DNA from: Candidatus Woesearchaeota archaeon
GTDB taxonomy: Archaea; Nanobdellota; Nanobdellia; SCGC-AAA011-G17; PNOQ01
Assembly: GCA_018663865.1 (NCBI GenBank)
Contig: JABJPM010000017.1
Span: 1 to 42,346, forward strand
Direction: 5' to 3'
DNA: 42,346 nt
Both the position numbers and the translations under genes were made by a program. Positions 39,175 through 42,346 of the stretch are shown piece after piece. Each line of letters begins with the position of its first letter. Within the stretch, counting starts at the first letter, position 1. Under the pieces are notes generated by a model. It had not been told where the DNA came from and made no database searches. It saw nothing but the letters and a program-made list of their open reading frames with translations.

Positions 39175-39864
39175 ATGGATGAAAAAATTCTAAAAAAAGC
39201 TTTTGTAAAAGTAAAATCAGATATTGAAAATTTAAATAATAGGTTGGAAAATATTGAAAATACCCTGAATTTACTCATTTCTATCAAAAATAATCAAAAA
39301 AACACTAAAAACGATGGAAGTTCCAGTGGAAATGAAGGGGTCCGATCAATCAATCATTCAACAAACAATCAATCAATCACTAATCAATCACGTGCTGAGC
39401 ACAAAATCGGGCAGTATACCCCTCAAATAAGCCATAATTATGATAATTTGGAACGATCTGATCAATCACTGAGCAATCAATCACTGAGCAATCAATCCCT
39501 TTCTAAACACTCACTAAGCACTCAAAAATTAAATATTCAATCACTCAAGAAGGATCTAGAAAATCGATTTAATGCCCTCACTAGTCAAGAATTTCTAGTA
39601 TTTCTTACAATATATCAAATGGAGGAGGACCTTAAACGGCCAGTGACTTATAATGATCTATCTGAACGTTTAAACCTCACTTCTGGATGTATTAGGGGGT
39701 ATGTAAGTGCATTAATCAGGAAGAATTTACCCCTCACAAAGGCAAAAATAAACAACAGAACATTGACATTATCCATAAAATCTGATTTCAAAGAGTTAAA
39801 TCTCAAACAAAAATTAACAAATATCTACTATGATCAAGATCCAGATCAAACAAAACTATTTTAA
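39175..39864 (+). CDS. Coiled-coil + repeat linker + winged-helix protein
   Basis: N-terminal heptads; S/N/Q-rich linker; LTSQEFLVFLTIY...VTYNDLSERLNLTSGCIRGYVSALIRK wHTH. Confidence 0.8.
   Translation: MDEKILKKAFVKVKSDIENLNNRLENIENTLNLLISIKNNQKNTKNDGSSSGNEGVRSINHSTNNQSITNQSRAEHKIGQYTPQISHNYDNLERSDQSLSNQSLSNQSLSKHSLSTQKLNIQSLKKDLENRFNALTSQEFLVFLTIYQMEEDLKRPVTYNDLSERLNLTSGCIRGYVSALIRKNLPLTKAKINNRTLTLSIKSDFKELNLKQKLTNIYYDQDPDQTKLF
39320..39341 (+). promoter_or_regulatory. ORB element embedded in coding sequence
   Basis: GTTCCAGTGGAAATGAAGGGGT; 18/20 identical to the ORB at 35599-35618. Confidence 0.7.
39347..39544 (+). repeat. Intragenic copies of the CAATCAATCAC motif
   Basis: Copies at 39347, 39370, 39381, 39459, 39474, 39489; degenerate at 39504 and 39534. 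Confidence 0.85.
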
Positions 39865-39933
39865 TTATGATTTCTAGTAAAAATTATTAATTGTTGCTAA
39901 TAAATTATTCATCGTCGATAAAACTACAATATA

Positions 39934-40004
39934 ATCGTTCACCGAACGTTCGGTGAACGTTCACCGAACTGTCTATAGACGTCACCGAACGTTCGGTGAA
40001 CGAT
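39934..40004. repeat. Palindromic array of GTTCACCGAAC/GTTCGGTGAAC 11-mers
   Basis: Units at 39937, 39948, 39959, 39980 (1 mismatch) and 39991; 24-bp perfect palindrome at 39936-39959; 23-bp perfect terminal inverted repeats. Confidence 0.92.
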
Positions 40005-40041
40005 GCAAAACGTTTATATAGGGGTAATATCAAATATAGGT

Positions 40042-40641
40042 ATGTTTAATTTTTTTAAAAGAGGAAAAAATGATCCAAGGCTCGCTGAAACTATTTCAAC
40101 AATGCAGGAGAGTTTAAAAAAATCATTTACAAATATAAAGAAAGATTTTTCGATGATGGATGGCCATAATAAAACATTCCATGAAAAGCATGAAAAACAC
40201 ACAATTGATCATGGGGAGCATCGAAAAAATATCCAATTGCTTGGTGAGAGGTTAAAATCAATTGAAGAGTCACTGGGCATACTAAAGGAGATAGAAATAG
40301 TGAATGAGGAAGTGAGTGGCGAAGTTGAGGCAGATTTTGGAAATTTAGAGGATATGACTGGGGTATCTCAGAAAATATGTTATGTTCTAGCAGCATTACA
40401 AAAAGAGAACAAAGGCATGGTGACCCTAAAAACCCTTGCAGAAGAAATGTATCCTGGAAAAGAGTATGCAAAAATTAGGTCAACAATATCGCAGTATACT
40501 ACGGAGTTAGAAGAATTGGGCTATGTCCAAAAAAAGAAAAAAGGAAAACAAGTATACATCAAATCTACTGAAAAAAACCCATTTCTAAGTGAGAAGTTAA
40601 CTCCGAAAAAGGTAACAAAAAAAATCAAAATAAAAAAATAA
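40042..40641 (+). CDS. Coiled-coil + winged-helix protein
   Basis: TTTATATA at 40013-40020 then ATG 40042; VTLKTLAEEMYPGKEYAKIRSTISQYTTELEELGYVQKKKKGKQVYI; Lys-rich tail. Confidence 0.8.
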   Translation: MFNFFKRGKNDPRLAETISTMQESLKKSFTNIKKDFSMMDGHNKTFHEKHEKHTIDHGEHRKNIQLLGERLKSIEESLGILKEIEIVNEEVSGEVEADFGNLEDMTGVSQKICYVLAALQKENKGMVTLKTLAEEMYPGKEYAKIRSTISQYTTELEELGYVQKKKKGKQVYIKSTEKNPFLSEKLTPKKVTKKIKIKK

Positions 40642-40642
40642 T

Positions 40643-40840
40643 ATGGTAAGAACAAAGAAAAAAGGAAAAAATAGGAAATATGTTTTTTCATTTGAGGATC
40701 CAGTAAACTTAATGTTGCATTTTATAGGGTTAATCATAATCATTTATGGGGCTTGGTTCCATAATGTTGCTTGGGCAGTTACAGGATTCATTCCAATGTT
40801 GGTTGGAGATTTATGGTTAAAAATACATTCAAAAGTCTAA
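40643..40840 (+). CDS. Small two-TM membrane protein
   Basis: Basic N-terminus and two hydrophobic segments; starts 1 bp after the upstream stop. Confidence 0.65.
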   Translation: MVRTKKKGKNRKYVFSFEDPVNLMLHFIGLIIIIYGAWFHNVAWAVTGFIPMLVGDLWLKIHSKV

Positions 40841-41056
40841 AAACTTTAATCAAATCTTAATACTTTATTTTTATGCATCCATAATAAATCTTTTTTCCAC
40901 ACTGTACAAATTAAGTTTATTGGATTAGTTTTCAACTTTTAATTTCCAATGGCGTGCCATTTAGATTATCTAACACATTTGAAAACAATTTATCATTCAA
41001 ATATTATCTTCTTAATTTTTCTAAAATAAAATATTTATTTACAAATCAATTATACA

Positions 41057-41359
41057 TCATATCTTTATAATTCCTCGAATCTTAGAAACCAAATCTTCCT
41101 TCCCAAGGGGCATATCTTTAAATTTATGTGTACTGATTGGGTGAGTCCCACGTTTTAATAATTTCTCTGTTTCTCGTTTAGATTTAGGAGTATGGGAAAC
41201 TTGGAAATAATATGTCCCTTTGCCATAGGATGCGACAACATCTGCCTTGTGATATCCGCAATCCTCTTCCCTAGTGGCCATCCTAGCAGAGACGCCATTC
41301 AATGAATTCGCTAATTCGCAAACATATCTTTCGTCCCAATTATTATGGCCATATTTCAT
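41057..41359 (-). CDS. Small hypothetical protein, possible PD-(D/E)xK nuclease-like fold
   Basis: E...EEDCGYHKADVV...YYFQVS resembles the D-x(n)-QxK/S motif; ATG 41359 with TATA upstream. Confidence 0.5.
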   Translation of the reverse strand: MKYGHNNWDERYVCELANSLNGVSARMATREEDCGYHKADVVASYGKGTYYFQVSHTPKSKRETEKLLKRGTHPISTHKFKDMPLGKEDLVSKIRGIIKI

Positions 41360-41531
41360 AGTATAATCTAGAAAAAATATTATATAAATGTTTCCATTTT
41401 GACTACTTCCCAGAAATAACACTATATCAAATAAATATTACAATCAAAAACTAAAAAATTCAATCAAAATCAAAATCAAAATCGAAATTTAAGATACATT
41501 TTTATACATTTTTCCAATAAGGTCAGTTATT

Positions 41532-41561
41532 GATTCCAATAAGGGTTCCCTTAATAGAATC
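41532..41561. other. Imperfect inverted repeat centred on TT, candidate recombination or binding site
   Basis: GATTC-caa-TAAGGG-TT-CCCTTA-ata-GAATC, 33 bp upstream of the recombinase ATG. Confidence 0.5.
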
Positions 41562-41594
41562 TAAAATCGTAAAATATGCCAAATTCAACCAAAA

Positions 41595-42346
41595 ATGGTC
41601 GAAAATAAATTAAAAACTGCAATCTATGTAAGGGTATCTACCGATGAACAAGCAAAAGAGGGGATCTCAATATCTGCTCAAATCGATAGGTGTCAAAACT
41701 ATTGCAAAGCGCGATCTTGGAAAGTAATTAATATTTATACTGATGCAGGATATTCTGCTGGTTCAATGAAGCGTCCAGCCGTCCAACAATTATTTCAAGA
41801 TCTACGTGAAAATAAATTTGAAAATATTTTAGTCTATAAATTTGATAGGTTCTCGAGAAATGTCAGAGACTTAATAACTTTTTTAGATAATCTGAAAGCT
41901 CAAGAAGTAAATTTTACATCTGTTACGGAAAATATAGATACTACGACTGCAATGGGGGAAGCATTTTTTCAGATGATTGGTGTTTTTGCACAATTGGAGA
42001 GGGGGATGGTAAAAGAACGAGTAAAGTTAGCATTCGATAAGAAAATTAGCGATGGAGAATCATTAAGTCGTGCACCAAAAGGATATATGTATAATAATGG
42101 GAAATTAATCGTCGACAAAAAAAATTCAAACGAAATAAAACAAATTTTTGATATGAGGGCGGCAGGAATACATTATAAAATAATCTCGGACAAATTCAAT
42201 ATTCCCATATCTACATTGTATAACATAATAAAAAATCCAACCTATGCTGGAAAAATAAAGTATAATGGTGAAATATATGAGGGAACTCATAGCGCAATCA
42301 TAGATCCCGCATTATTCAACAATCTAAATCCCTTGCAATCTATAAA
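41595..42346 (+). CDS. Serine recombinase (resolvase catalytic domain + recombinase domain), runs off window
   Basis: Not in ORF track: MVENKLKTAIYVRVSTDEQ...SAGSMKRP...YKFDRFSRN...AQLER...APKGY...KNPTYAG...GTHSAII. Confidence 0.95.
   Translation, partial: MVENKLKTAIYVRVSTDEQAKEGISISAQIDRCQNYCKARSWKVINIYTDAGYSAGSMKRPAVQQLFQDLRENKFENILVYKFDRFSRNVRDLITFLDNLKAQEVNFTSVTENIDTTTAMGEAFFQMIGVFAQLERGMVKERVKLAFDKKISDGESLSRAPKGYMYNNGKLIVDKKNSNEIKQIFDMRAAGIHYKIISDKFNIPISTLYNIIKNPTYAGKIKYNGEIYEGTHSAIIDPALFNNLNPLQSI

Noticed and set aside
38932-39544. Repeat array as CRISPR or transposon ends
   Set aside because: Short tandem units without spacers; no transposase or target-site duplication.
39934-40004. 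Palindromic repeats as a CRISPR array
   Set aside because: Units are 11 bp and contiguous, with no unique spacers and no cas genes.
41441-41490. (AAATCA)n run upstream of the recombinase
   Set aside because: Low-complexity hexamer run that does not match the 11-mer array; no supportable function.

Overview
AT-rich archaeal chromosomal segment. The gene content (PolD, Cdc6/Orc1, RadA, RPA, Hef, PAN, aEF-1beta, CdpB-type PRC barrels, many class III signal-peptide proteins) suggests a DPANN lineage such as Woesearchaeota/Pacearchaeota; this assignment is inference. The window contains: (i) a large Tad/type IV pilus-like locus with an ATPase, a platform protein, about 10 pilin-like genes (two missed by the ORF track) and a separate prepilin peptidase; (ii) DNA repair and replication genes; (iii) a probable replication origin (35549-35995) upstream of cdc6-DP1-DP2, with inward-facing ORB elements around an AT-rich unwinding element, where overall gene orientation also switches; (iv) 2.6-4.7 kb from the origin, three winged-helix genes interleaved with two different 11-bp-periodic DNA arrays and a near-consensus ORB embedded inside a coding sequence, a candidate undescribed origin-linked replication-control or segregation module; (v) a large serine recombinase preceded by a dyad site. 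A 27/31-bp promoter element shared by the radA operon and hef suggests a DNA-repair regulon. No rRNA, tRNA or CRISPR array was seen. All calls come from reading motifs by eye; no database searches were run.
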